This document shows positions 1 through 7,850 of a stretch of DNA of 64,000 bases, piece after piece. The stretch spans positions 49,250 through 113,249 of the forward strand of contig CAZOAL010000014.1 of assembly GCA_964577695.1 (NCBI GenBank), given 5' to 3'. Position 1 is the first letter of the stretch, and each line of letters opens with the position of its first letter. The translations under genes and the position numbers were made by a program. The stretch comes from an uncultured bacterium (GTDB taxonomy: Bacteria; Poribacteria; WGA-4E; PCPOR2b). The notes beneath the pieces are model-generated. The model was not told the origin of the DNA. It searched no databases and saw only the letters and a program-made list of their open reading frames with translations.

Positions 1-914
1 CCATTTGCGCTCAAATCGAGGGCATACACTTCATCCGTCGGTTGATTGAAGGTGTACAGCCGATTACCGGAGCGGAGGTCCCAGACGATGATTGACCGGT
101 CCGCGCCCCCGGAGACGATAATCACCCCCGCTTCGCTGCCCCGTCTGCCGCAATCGACGGCGTAAACCGTCCCGAGGTGGCCGTTGTAGACGCGGACGAG
201 CGCCCCACTCGTTTCGATCTTCCCAGAACCGCCAGTGGATTCGACCACGCGCCACGAACGGACGGCATTATCCGCCGAACCCGAGACCAGCATATTCTCC
301 TCCGGCGCAAAAGCAACGGAATACACGGGGCCATCGTTCTGATCGAAGTTGACCAGAACCTCATAAGTCTGCGCATTCCAGACTTTCACCGTTTTGTCCG
401 CGCTGCCCGTCACAAAATATTTCCCGTCCGAACGATAATCAACAGCTAAGGCACGATTCACATGTTGAGTCAGCGTATGTTCGGTTTTCCCCTCCGGCAA
501 GGCGCTCACAAAAACCCGTTCATCCATGCTTGCCGTCCAGAGTAATGAGTCATTCGCGTTGGTGGCGATCGCCTCAATGGTATCATCATGCAGTTCGAGT
601 GTCTTGATAAGAGCACCGGATTCGACATCCCAAAGTTTGACTTCGCCCCCTTCCGCAGGGGTTCCCCCTCCGGCGAATAGGATTTTGCCGTCATGCGAAA
701 ATTTCAGGCACCGCACGGCATCGGCGTGCGGCTCAAAGTTGCGAACCACCGTGTGGGTTTGGACATCCCACAGTTGCACCCATTGGTATTGCCCAACGGC
801 AAGGTACTTCCCATCAGGGCTGAATTGAATCGACCAGATGGGGGAGGTTGGGGGGCCGGCGTGGACAGCAGGCGTGCAAACCAGAAAGCAAACGGATAAG
901 AAGACAATTGACAA
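1..914 (-). CDS. WD40-repeat beta-propeller protein, partial (C-terminus lies beyond the window start); probable TTG start at 914 with a signal-peptide-like N-terminus
   Basis: My own translation of the minus strand gives (M)SIVFLSVCFLVCTPAVHAGPPTSPIWSIQFSPDGKYLAVG..VQLWDV..EVKLWDV..GSADKTVKVWN..GSADNAVRSW..GGADRSIIVWD with no stop from 914 to 1. It is missing from the ORF track because it runs off the edge. The listed ORF 704..907 is in a different frame. Confidence 0.8.
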   Translation of the reverse strand, partial: MSIVFLSVCFLVCTPAVHAGPPTSPIWSIQFSPDGKYLAVGQYQWVQLWDVQTHTVVRNFEPHADAVRCLKFSHDGKILFAGGGTPAEGGEVKLWDVESGALIKTLELHDDTIEAIATNANDSLLWTASMDERVFVSALPEGKTEHTLTQHVNRALAVDYRSDGKYFVTGSADKTVKVWNAQTYEVLVNFDQNDGPVYSVAFAPEENMLVSGSADNAVRSWRVVESTGGSGKIETSGALVRVYNGHLGTVYAVDCGRRGSEAGVIIVSGGADRSIIVWDLRSGNRLYTFNQPTDEVYALDLSAN

Positions 915-921
915 TTGAAAA

Positions 922-1215
922 TTAAGCGACACGATGAAGTTCTCCTTGTTCCTCAAGGTATTTGGTAAAATCATGTCCCCAATCCAAATCGACGAGATCT
1001 ACGGAGTGCTCCAAGGTGCAAAGGAGCTCCCCCAAAAGCCCGAAAAAGGACACGCCGGAGGGACATCCTCGGATGGCAAGATCCAGATCTGAATCTGCTT
1101 TTGCTTTTCCATTAGCGACCGAGCCGAAGATATAAATCTCCCCACAGCCAGCCTCTTTCAGAATTTTAACGGCTAAATGGGGAGCGTTTTGAAAAGATTC
1201 GGGAATTTGAAGCAT
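922..1215 (-). CDS. Nucleotidyltransferase-domain protein (Pol-beta/MNT superfamily, MntA-like antitoxin type)
   Basis: Carries the motif FGSVANGKAKADSDLDLAI (GS-x-G...DxD) typical of minimal nucleotidyltransferases. 97 aa. Confidence 0.7.
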   Translation of the reverse strand: MLQIPESFQNAPHLAVKILKEAGCGEIYIFGSVANGKAKADSDLDLAIRGCPSGVSFFGLLGELLCTLEHSVDLVDLDWGHDFTKYLEEQGELHRVA

Positions 1216-1265
1216 ATTCTACCTCTGTCTTCGCGCAACATGTATCACATTTCACGCGCCACATT

Positions 1266-2447
1266 TCACTTTGGCATTCCATCAACCCGCGTCCGGATGG
1301 CTTCCCAATCCTCGGGCGGAATCCTCAAGAACGCTTCAACGACCTGCGGGTCAAAATCTGTTCCACTACACTGCACAAATTCTTCACGAATTCTGAGATA
1401 CGGCCAGGGTTCTTTGTAGGGACGGCGAGAGGCAAGCGCATCAAGGACATCGGCAGCCATAAATATACGCGCACCAAGCGGAATCTCCTCCCCCATCAAA
1501 CCCATCGGATAACCTTTACCATTGTATTTTTCGTGATGGTGCCACACGATCAGGGCCGCGTTTCCAATGAAAGGGATGTTTTTGAGAACCTCGTAGCCAT
1601 AGGTTGTATGCTTCTGCATTTCCCTATATTCTTCATCTGTTAATCGACCCGGCTTGAGTAAAATGGTATCTGAAACACCGATTTTTCCAATGTCATGCAA
1701 CGTTGCACCTAATTGGAGTGTCCGGATGTGATTGGGGTCATTGATTCCCATCTCCGCGGCAATTCGGAGGGCAAACTGGACGACCCGAATGGAGTGATTT
1801 TCCGTTTCTTGGTCTCGCAATTCAAGCAAAGAGGTCATTGCAAGAAGCGTCTGTCGATAGCTGTCTTCGAGGTCTTCATACAATTGGGCGTTTTCGATTG
1901 CAATCGCTGCATGATTTGCCAACGAGCTGAGTAGTTCTTCATCGTCTATGGAGAAGGACAACCCTTCCAGTTGGTTTAATACCTGGATGACCCCTGTCAC
2001 ACTCCCGCGCATATTTTTCATCGGAACGGTCAGGAGACTCCGTGTGCGGTAGCCTGTGGAACGATCGTGGGAAGGATCGAATCGCTCATCCTGATAGGCA
2101 TCGGGTATATTAATCGTTTTCCCGGTCATAGCAACCATGCCGGCAAGCCCTTTTCCAACGGGGACTCTCAGCCGCCGACCTGAAATACCAGTCGCCACCT
2201 TTGTCCACAACTCATTCTTCTTTTTGTCAAACGTCCAGATGCTGCTGCGCTCCGCATCAACTACCTTCAGCGCTTCAACGGCAATGCGGTCTAAGAGGGT
2301 ATCCAGGTCTGTTTCAGACCCTAACACGCGACCTGCCTCAATCACCAGGCGCTGTTTGATAAAAAACTTCAGGATTTTATCCGAGTTCATCAGCCTATCT
2401 TCATCTTCCCTATATTGACGTAAACTGGAAGCATTATTGTTTTCCAT
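1266..2447 (-). CDS. GAF-domain / HD-GYP-domain protein (putative c-di-GMP phosphodiesterase)
   Basis: Has the LHDIGKIGV and HHHEKYNGKGYP motifs (HD...GYP). The N-terminal part is GAF-like. Confidence 0.85.
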   Translation of the reverse strand: MENNNASSLRQYREDEDRLMNSDKILKFFIKQRLVIEAGRVLGSETDLDTLLDRIAVEALKVVDAERSSIWTFDKKKNELWTKVATGISGRRLRVPVGKGLAGMVAMTGKTINIPDAYQDERFDPSHDRSTGYRTRSLLTVPMKNMRGSVTGVIQVLNQLEGLSFSIDDEELLSSLANHAAIAIENAQLYEDLEDSYRQTLLAMTSLLELRDQETENHSIRVVQFALRIAAEMGINDPNHIRTLQLGATLHDIGKIGVSDTILLKPGRLTDEEYREMQKHTTYGYEVLKNIPFIGNAALIVWHHHEKYNGKGYPMGLMGEEIPLGARIFMAADVLDALASRRPYKEPWPYLRIREEFVQCSGTDFDPQVVEAFLRIPPEDWEAIRTRVDGMPK

Positions 2448-2593
2448 AGTTTTTGACTTCCCCTTTTGCTTATTCAGTCAAAAATTGGATTGACTGTACC
2501 ATGCTGGCGTAAAAGTATAATACTCGCGCGATTACGATTTGACTTCAACCTTAATAAAGTGAGTTATTGCGCTGTCTTCGGTTTTGTACAGAA

Positions 2594-3403
2594 CTAAATC
2601 TTCTCAATTGCCTCCGCCGGTAGCCAGCCTGCATTCTCATCTGGCAGATAAATTTTGACCCAATCACCGCGTTCCTCTTTCAGTTGAATCTTGGTCCCTT
2701 GATGCAGGGGGCGGGTGATTTCTACAGCGTCCGGATGGGGTTCACTCCCCACCGCCACTTCGTTCGCAGTGACGATTGCATAAGGAACGTTGAGCTCACG
2801 AATTTTTAAGCCGAGAAGCAATAGGAAAAACACCCAGGTCAAGCAACCGATTAACGCAACAGAACGACATATCTGTTTGAGCCGACGTTTCCGGCTGAAT
2901 AACAGACCGATGCCACTCACTGCCGCCATCCAGTAAGGGACAAGCCCTAGCCAAACGATTTCATCAGGGTGTAAAGCACCATATAGAAGCGAGAATCCAG
3001 AGGGTGCTTTCACGAGGTCAAATTGGTCGGGATTCAGTGCCCTGGCGATTTTGAGATTGAGAACGGTCTCTTGGTCCCTTGGCATTAGCCGCTTCGCCCG
3101 TTCGTAGTTCACAATTGCCTTCCCCCGTTCCCCCAAACGAAAATAGGCATTTCCAAGGTTATAATACACGTTGCCATTGTGAATCGAAGCCGCGATCTGT
3201 TCGTACTTTTCGATTGCCTGTTGATACTGCCCACGTTCATAGTCCGCATTGGCACTTCGATAGCTTGCTTCTAAAATCGATTGGGATTGGGCGTGGGTGG
3301 ATTGTTCCCAGCAGGCAAAACAAAGCAAGCAAACGTGAAACGTGAAACGTGAAACGTGAAACGTGAAATGAATCCATTCCTTCCTTTCCTTCCATCCTTC
3401 CAT
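2594..3403 (-). CDS. TPR plus C-terminal bacterial SH3 protein (BatE-like)
   Basis: TPR repeats (YYNLGNAYFRLGERGKAIVNYERA), two transmembrane segments, and an SH3b-like C-terminus (GDWVKIYLPDENAGWLPAEAIEKI). The N-terminus is encoded by heptamer repeats, so the start is uncertain. Confidence 0.6.
   Translation of the reverse strand: MEGWKERKEWIHFTFHVSRFTFHVCLLCFACWEQSTHAQSQSILEASYRSANADYERGQYQQAIEKYEQIAASIHNGNVYYNLGNAYFRLGERGKAIVNYERAKRLMPRDQETVLNLKIARALNPDQFDLVKAPSGFSLLYGALHPDEIVWLGLVPYWMAAVSGIGLLFSRKRRLKQICRSVALIGCLTWVFFLLLLGLKIRELNVPYAIVTANEVAVGSEPHPDAVEITRPLHQGTKIQLKEERGDWVKIYLPDENAGWLPAEAIEKI
3334..3368. repeat. Tandem heptamer (CGTGAAA) x5
   Basis: Five exact copies of cgtgaaa, read directly from the sequence. 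Confidence 0.95.
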
Positions 3404-3520
3404 TCTTCAATCCTTCCATTCTTCAATCATTTGCTCATTCGCTCATTTGCCCATTTGCCCATTCGCCCATTCGCTTCCTTCCCTTCCTTCCATCCTTCCA
3501 TCCTTCCCTTTCTTCCACTC
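3376..3520. repeat. Block of tandem octamers (CCTTCCAT/TTCTTCAA, then CATTTGCC/CATTCGCC, then CCTTCCAT again)
   Basis: Read directly: atccttccattcttcaatccttccattcttca, then catttgcccatttgcccattcgcccattcgc, then ccttccatccttccatccttcc. Confidence 0.9.
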
Positions 3521-5552
3521 ACTCACTTCTTATTTCATCGTCTTGTCTCCGCTCTTTCTCGATTTCGTGAATGGCGGCTTTCGCATCATTGAGGGCACTT
3601 GCCATATCGGTGGGACTCATCGCAGCCGGCGCAAATCGTGCATAGTCACATTGTATCAACACCTCAACAAACTGCGTGGTTGAGGCTTCAGAAATACCGC
3701 TCTCCTTGCACTGTTGGCGCACCAGTTCTGGATTGAGCCCCGTTGGTGAAATCGTGAAGATGTCTCCGATGTACTGATACAACCCACTGGCGAGGGCCGC
3801 GAAGAAGGCTGCCGACCCACTTTCAATCTTTTGCTCCGCATGTTCGATGGCTCTCAGGGCGTTCCTCGTAGCGTTCTGTCCTCGCAGTTGCACGAGGTTG
3901 CGCTTCGCTCGCTGTCGCTGATAGACATAAGCGGCCAAAAGAGCGATAACGGGCAACAGTTGCATCCCCCAAAAAGAAGGGCGCTGATAGAAATAAACGC
4001 CTCCATCCGCTAATTTGACCGTAGCGGGCTTGATATATTGAATGTCTTGTTTCAACACCCGTATATCCGACTGCGTAGGCCGAACTGTCGTTGTTCCAGT
4101 AGACCCACCCGGAAGTACATTGATGGGAATAGGGACGGTACGAGCAATCTGATAGCTCTCCTTTTGGGGGTCGAAGTACGGGTACTCAATCGCAGGAATC
4201 GTCCAATTCCCCGCCTTCGATGGAATAATGACATACGCATACGTGCGGCTCCCCTGAATGTTCGATTCCGCTTCGTCCATAGCGTCTGTAATCTTGGGTG
4301 AGTATACGGTCATATTCGGGAGCGGCGGGGTGGCTGGCTCTGCCAATGTTTCGATGTTGCCCTTCCCGGATACTTGAAGCCGCAAGGTGAACCCATTCCC
4401 CGCTTCGATGGTCCCCCGCTCCACTCCGGTAACCCGTGAGTCTTCGACTTGCGCATCGATTTGATATTGACCAACGGCACCCGTGAATTGAGCGGGTTTC
4501 CCGGTTTGGGGGAGTGGACGGACGTTAATCTCGATTGCATCCGTGACTAAAACTTTCGGTGTATCGCTACGGCTATAACCGGCAAGCGCTGAGAGGGCAA
4601 GTTGAGCGGGTTCAATCGTTGTCGCCCCCGCAGTCAGCGGGAACAGCGCAACCTTGATTTCTTCAACTTGATAGGTTGTCCCATCAATCACTTCAGGGTG
4701 CCGCCGTTTCCTCGGCAGTTCTTTTTTCCAAAAGTATGTCAGCGAAGGCGGTGTGTACTTTGGGGGCTCAAGGCTTGGAATTCGCGCACTATAGAGATAA
4801 CGAAACGTGTATGTGATTTGTTCATTGACATAAGGTCTGGGGTTATCGACAAAAGCCTCAATTTTCTGAGTGACGCCGTTAAACACATCTGTAAAAGAAT
4901 TTTGTGCCCCCCCTCGCTCCCGCGCGGGCAGGGAAGTCAGTTTCTGAGATTTGGGTACAACTTCGATGAACATAGAAGCTGTCTCGTAAGTTTGGCTACC
5001 ATAAGGAACTCGAATTTTCGGGAGCGTAAACTGACCGACCTTCTGCGCTATCAGGAGGTACGACCATGTGATTGAGACGGAAATTTGAGTCCCGATCAGG
5101 TGGTATTGACTCGACGAGCCAGCATAAGAGATGCTGAATTCTTGCAATGGCTCAAGTTTTGGTGGCTGAATATCTCTGAGCTGTGTACGACCAGAGATTG
5201 TCACCTGTAAGGTTGCGCTTTCGCCAAGACGGATGGTCTTCGGGCTGACCTCTGCTGATACAGTGATATCTTGACTATAAACAGCACCGGCGTATAGGTA
5301 AACAGAGATTACGGAAAGCCAAAAAGCGTGAAACGTGAAACGTGAAACGTGAAACAGATGCAAGATGCAAGTGAATCCTGAATCTTGAATCCTGAATCCT
5401 GTATCCTGTATCCGCCGGGTTGAGCCTGTCGAAACCTTGCATCCTGAATCCTGAATCCTGAATCCTTGTTTTGCACTACCAATCCTTCTCGGAGCGTTTG
5501 CGTCTTGCCAATCGCTTTCGTAATAGTTTTTTCTGGATGTCCTTCTCGTCAT
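3519..5552 (-). CDS. BatD-like (oxygen-tolerance family) large secreted/membrane protein; the real start is probably near 5363 (TTG)
   Basis: Sits between the BatC-like and BatE-like TPR genes. About 600 aa of beta-rich repeats, a C-terminal transmembrane segment (WGMQLLPVIALLAAYVYQ), and a helical tail. The N-terminal 60 aa of the longest ORF are translated repeats (GFRIQDSG..., FHVSRFTFH) and overlap the upstream gene. Confidence 0.55.
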   Translation of the reverse strand: MTRRTSRKNYYESDWQDANAPRRIGSAKQGFRIQDSGCKVSTGSTRRIQDTGFRIQDSGFTCILHLFHVSRFTFHAFWLSVISVYLYAGAVYSQDITVSAEVSPKTIRLGESATLQVTISGRTQLRDIQPPKLEPLQEFSISYAGSSSQYHLIGTQISVSITWSYLLIAQKVGQFTLPKIRVPYGSQTYETASMFIEVVPKSQKLTSLPARERGGAQNSFTDVFNGVTQKIEAFVDNPRPYVNEQITYTFRYLYSARIPSLEPPKYTPPSLTYFWKKELPRKRRHPEVIDGTTYQVEEIKVALFPLTAGATTIEPAQLALSALAGYSRSDTPKVLVTDAIEINVRPLPQTGKPAQFTGAVGQYQIDAQVEDSRVTGVERGTIEAGNGFTLRLQVSGKGNIETLAEPATPPLPNMTVYSPKITDAMDEAESNIQGSRTYAYVIIPSKAGNWTIPAIEYPYFDPQKESYQIARTVPIPINVLPGGSTGTTTVRPTQSDIRVLKQDIQYIKPATVKLADGGVYFYQRPSFWGMQLLPVIALLAAYVYQRQRAKRNLVQLRGQNATRNALRAIEHAEQKIESGSAAFFAALASGLYQYIGDIFTISPTGLNPELVRQQCKESGISEASTTQFVEVLIQCDYARFAPAAMSPTDMASALNDAKAAIHEIEKERRQDDEIRSE
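5327..5466. repeat. Composite heptamer block: (CGTGAAA)x4, (GATGCAA)x2, (CTGAATC/TTGAATC/CTGTATC)n
   Basis: Read directly from the sequence. It lies between the BatC-like stop (5476) and the probable BatD-like start. Confidence 0.9.
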
Positions 5553-6321
5553 CGTTCATCGCCTCCAGGATGCGGATTGCGTCCTCTTTTGACATACCAT
5601 CCGGCTGCTGAATCGAATTTTGTCCCGGTTTTGAAGCGGATTCCTCCGGTTGCGGTGCAGTGGATGCGCGTTTAGTTTGATTGTCAGTTGGCTGTTGTTG
5701 ATGCTCCTGGCCTTTAGAATCTGCACCGTGATGATTCGATTGATTCTGTCGCTGTGATTGCTTTTCCGCTAACTTCTCAAGCGCAAGTTCCATGTTGTAT
5801 TTCGCGTCGTAATCGTCGGGATTCAGACGCAACGCACTTTTATAGGAGCGGATTGCCCCTTGCAAGTCGCCTGACTGAAATTGGGCATTCCCTAAGTTGT
5901 AATACCTCTGCGCCTGAAGCAGCGGGTCTTTTGAATCAAGCGAACGCATGAATTCATTCGCCGCTTCATCGTATCGTTTCTTTTGATATAAGGCAGTCCC
6001 CAGATTATAGTGGGAGATTGCCTCTTTGGGTCGCCGCTCCACTGCCGATTGATAGGCTTTCAGTGCAGCATCGTAGTCCGCTGCCGCATAGCGTTCATTG
6101 CCCTCTTTCATCAGGCGGGACCAGTCCCCAATCCACCCGATCAGAAAGAGGGATAGAAGGATGAGGTTCATGTTAAGAAATCGTGCGAGAAAACTGGATG
6201 GCTTAACTTGTTGGGGAAACACACCCGAACCAGTCATGTCATCCTTGAGGGAAATGAAGGATCCGGCGTCCAGCGCTTCTTTTTGACATGAGCCAAGGAT
6301 GAGAAGGCTATAATCTCGCAT
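5476..6321 (-). CDS. TPR protein (BatC-like) with a low-complexity Q/K/E-rich C-terminal tail; the start is possibly Met51 (6171)
   Basis: TPR repeats (HYNLGTALYQKKRYDEAANEF, YYNLGNAQFQSGDLQGAIRSYKSAL). A transmembrane helix (MNLILLSLFLIGWIG) precedes them. Confidence 0.55.
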   Translation of the reverse strand: MRDYSLLILGSCQKEALDAGSFISLKDDMTGSGVFPQQVKPSSFLARFLNMNLILLSLFLIGWIGDWSRLMKEGNERYAAADYDAALKAYQSAVERRPKEAISHYNLGTALYQKKRYDEAANEFMRSLDSKDPLLQAQRYYNLGNAQFQSGDLQGAIRSYKSALRLNPDDYDAKYNMELALEKLAEKQSQRQNQSNHHGADSKGQEHQQQPTDNQTKRASTAPQPEESASKPGQNSIQQPDGMSKEDAIRILEAMNDDEKDIQKKLLRKRLARRKRSEKDW

Positions 6322-6477
6322 AATACCATTTCTCCATGAATTTAAAACATGAGTTGTGCCATTCCCCTTAGAATAACAATGTAATGCGGTATCCTAAAAT
6401 CATCAAAATGGTATCCGTTGGCGTACCATACGCTGTGGTCGTTTCGCTGAAGGGCATTTTCAGATACCAATTTTTTG

Positions 6478-6506
6478 TTGACAAATCTGTGTTTTTTGAC
6501 TATAGT
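6478..6506 (+). promoter_or_regulatory. Sigma70-type promoter: TTGACA, 17 nt, TATAGT
   Basis: ttgaca (6478-6483), a 17-nt spacer, then tatagt (6501-6506). It lies about 60 nt upstream of the 6565 ATG, which is preceded by AGGAGA. Confidence 0.5.
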
Positions 6507-6564
6507 GTATTCAAGAAGCACAGGAAAGTCAAGAACTTAACGATTTGGAACAGGAGAAGACTGT

Positions 6565-6813
6565 ATGAGTCAAATCATCATTACTGGCGAACCCCGGTTT
6601 GAGGATATCAAAATGTTAGTGAACATGCTCCCCGAAAGTGATAGGCGAGCCTTGAAAAATTACCTGCTTTCGCAGGACAATGGAACCTGGGAAAAAGAGT
6701 TTGACAAACTGCTGTGCCGGTTCCGAGCGCATTCAAGAAGCGATGAAGAAATTGAGCAAAATGTCACGAATGCTATCCAAGGAGTTCGCAATGCAAAAAA
6801 TAAGGGTTTATAG
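6565..6813 (+). CDS. Small antitoxin-like protein paired with the downstream PIN gene
   Basis: 82 aa. Its end overlaps the PIN start by 23 nt, and it has a good RBS. I recognised no family. Confidence 0.45.
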   Translation: MSQIIITGEPRFEDIKMLVNMLPESDRRALKNYLLSQDNGTWEKEFDKLLCRFRAHSRSDEEIEQNVTNAIQGVRNAKNKGL

Positions 6814-7246
6814 GGTGACTCTGGACACGAATATTTTCGTCAGATCCTTGATTACGCCCAGAGGAATAAACGCAAAGGTCATCGATCTGTGGAAGCAGGA
6901 TGACTTCGTTTTAGTTCTGTCAAAAGAGATTATTGAAGAGATTATAGAGGTCCTTTCAAGACCGGAACTCATCAATCGCTACCCATATACCAGGCAGGAT
7001 GTGGAAGATCTGGCTGTCTTTATAAACAGGAAAGCTGTCATCATTACTCCTCAAATTTCCTTTGACTACTGTCGCGACCCGGATGACAATAAGTTTGTCA
7101 CCTGCGCCATCATGGGCCGGGTGCAATATCTGGTATCAGGTGATAAAGATCTGATTGATGATGAATCGCTACGAAAAATTTTACGAGAATACGGCATTCA
7201 GATTTTAGGGGCTTCTGAATTTGTCGCCGAGATACAAGCCAACTAA
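6791..7246 (+). CDS. PIN-domain putative toxin (PIN_3 / TIGR00305-like)
   Basis: MQKIRVYRVTLDTNIFVRSL... then DPDDNKFVTCAIMGRVQYLVSGDKDL, which is the acidic PIN signature. The start is trimmed to the ATG at 6791. Confidence 0.75.
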   Translation: MQKIRVYRVTLDTNIFVRSLITPRGINAKVIDLWKQDDFVLVLSKEIIEEIIEVLSRPELINRYPYTRQDVEDLAVFINRKAVIITPQISFDYCRDPDDNKFVTCAIMGRVQYLVSGDKDLIDDESLRKILREYGIQILGASEFVAEIQAN

Positions 7247-7525
7247 GCGAGGCTTGGTCATAATGATTCTGGTGGTCAATTGGCAATTGTTCACTACTGG
7301 CAGTTCTTCGCCGCTCTGCAAACCTGCCAGAATCCATACCTCAATGGCGTCAATCAAGTTCTCACGCGCACCCTCAAAAGAGGCCCCCTGGGTGAAGCAT
7401 CCGGGCAAATCAGGTGCCTCCGCCACCACAACGTCCAACACGTCGCCCTTCTCGTAAATTGCGTTTTTGAGTACCTCCGCCACATACTCCCTGAGCGCCA
7501 CTCGGCGCGGAGATTTTCTGTTCAT
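7205..7525 (-). CDS. HicB-family (UPF0150) antitoxin-like protein
   Basis: The core VVVAEAPDLPGCFTQGASFEGARENLIDAIEVWI is typical of HicB/UPF0150. The ATG at 7525 is preceded by GAGGAGGAGG. Its 3' end overlaps the convergent PIN gene by 42 nt. Confidence 0.65.
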   Translation of the reverse strand: MNRKSPRRVALREYVAEVLKNAIYEKGDVLDVVVAEAPDLPGCFTQGASFEGARENLIDAIEVWILAGLQSGEELPVVNNCQLTTRIIMTKPRLVGLYLGDKFRSP

Positions 7526-7850
7526 GGGACTCGCCTCCTCCTCATGGAAACTACGTTTTTCTGCCATAACGTGATTCAAATCCCGGAAAATCTTTGAGAA
7601 CTTCTGAAAGCACCTCTTCGTCGATGTGCATAATAAACTTTTCACTGGCTTCTCTGATTTGGGCTTTTAATGCCTCATCAGGCGGCCAATTCCAACCCTT
7701 CTTTTCTGGTACTTCTACTCACCGCTGATGCGGCGCACTTGAGCCATGAAATTCCCTCCTATTTGGAGTACGGAAGCTCTGCTTCCGCTGCAAAAGCAGA
7801 TCCTTCGCTCCGCTCAGAATGACAGAGCTTACCCACTCCAGAGAATTGAC

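Noticed and set aside
3356-3683. ORFs 3356..3592, 3447..3683 and 3237..3419, and likewise 56925..57639 and 15356..15664
   Set aside because: They are translations of CT-/GA-rich octamer and heptamer arrays (periodic peptides such as LPSFHSSILPFF). They are repeat artefacts, not genes.
7700-7745. Programmed -1 ribosomal frameshift joining the 10-codon ORF to the 55-codon frame upstream of the HicB-like gene
   Set aside because: There is no slippery X-XXY-YYZ heptamer at the junction (GGT GAG TAG) and no obvious downstream pseudoknot. A mutational frameshift is more likely.
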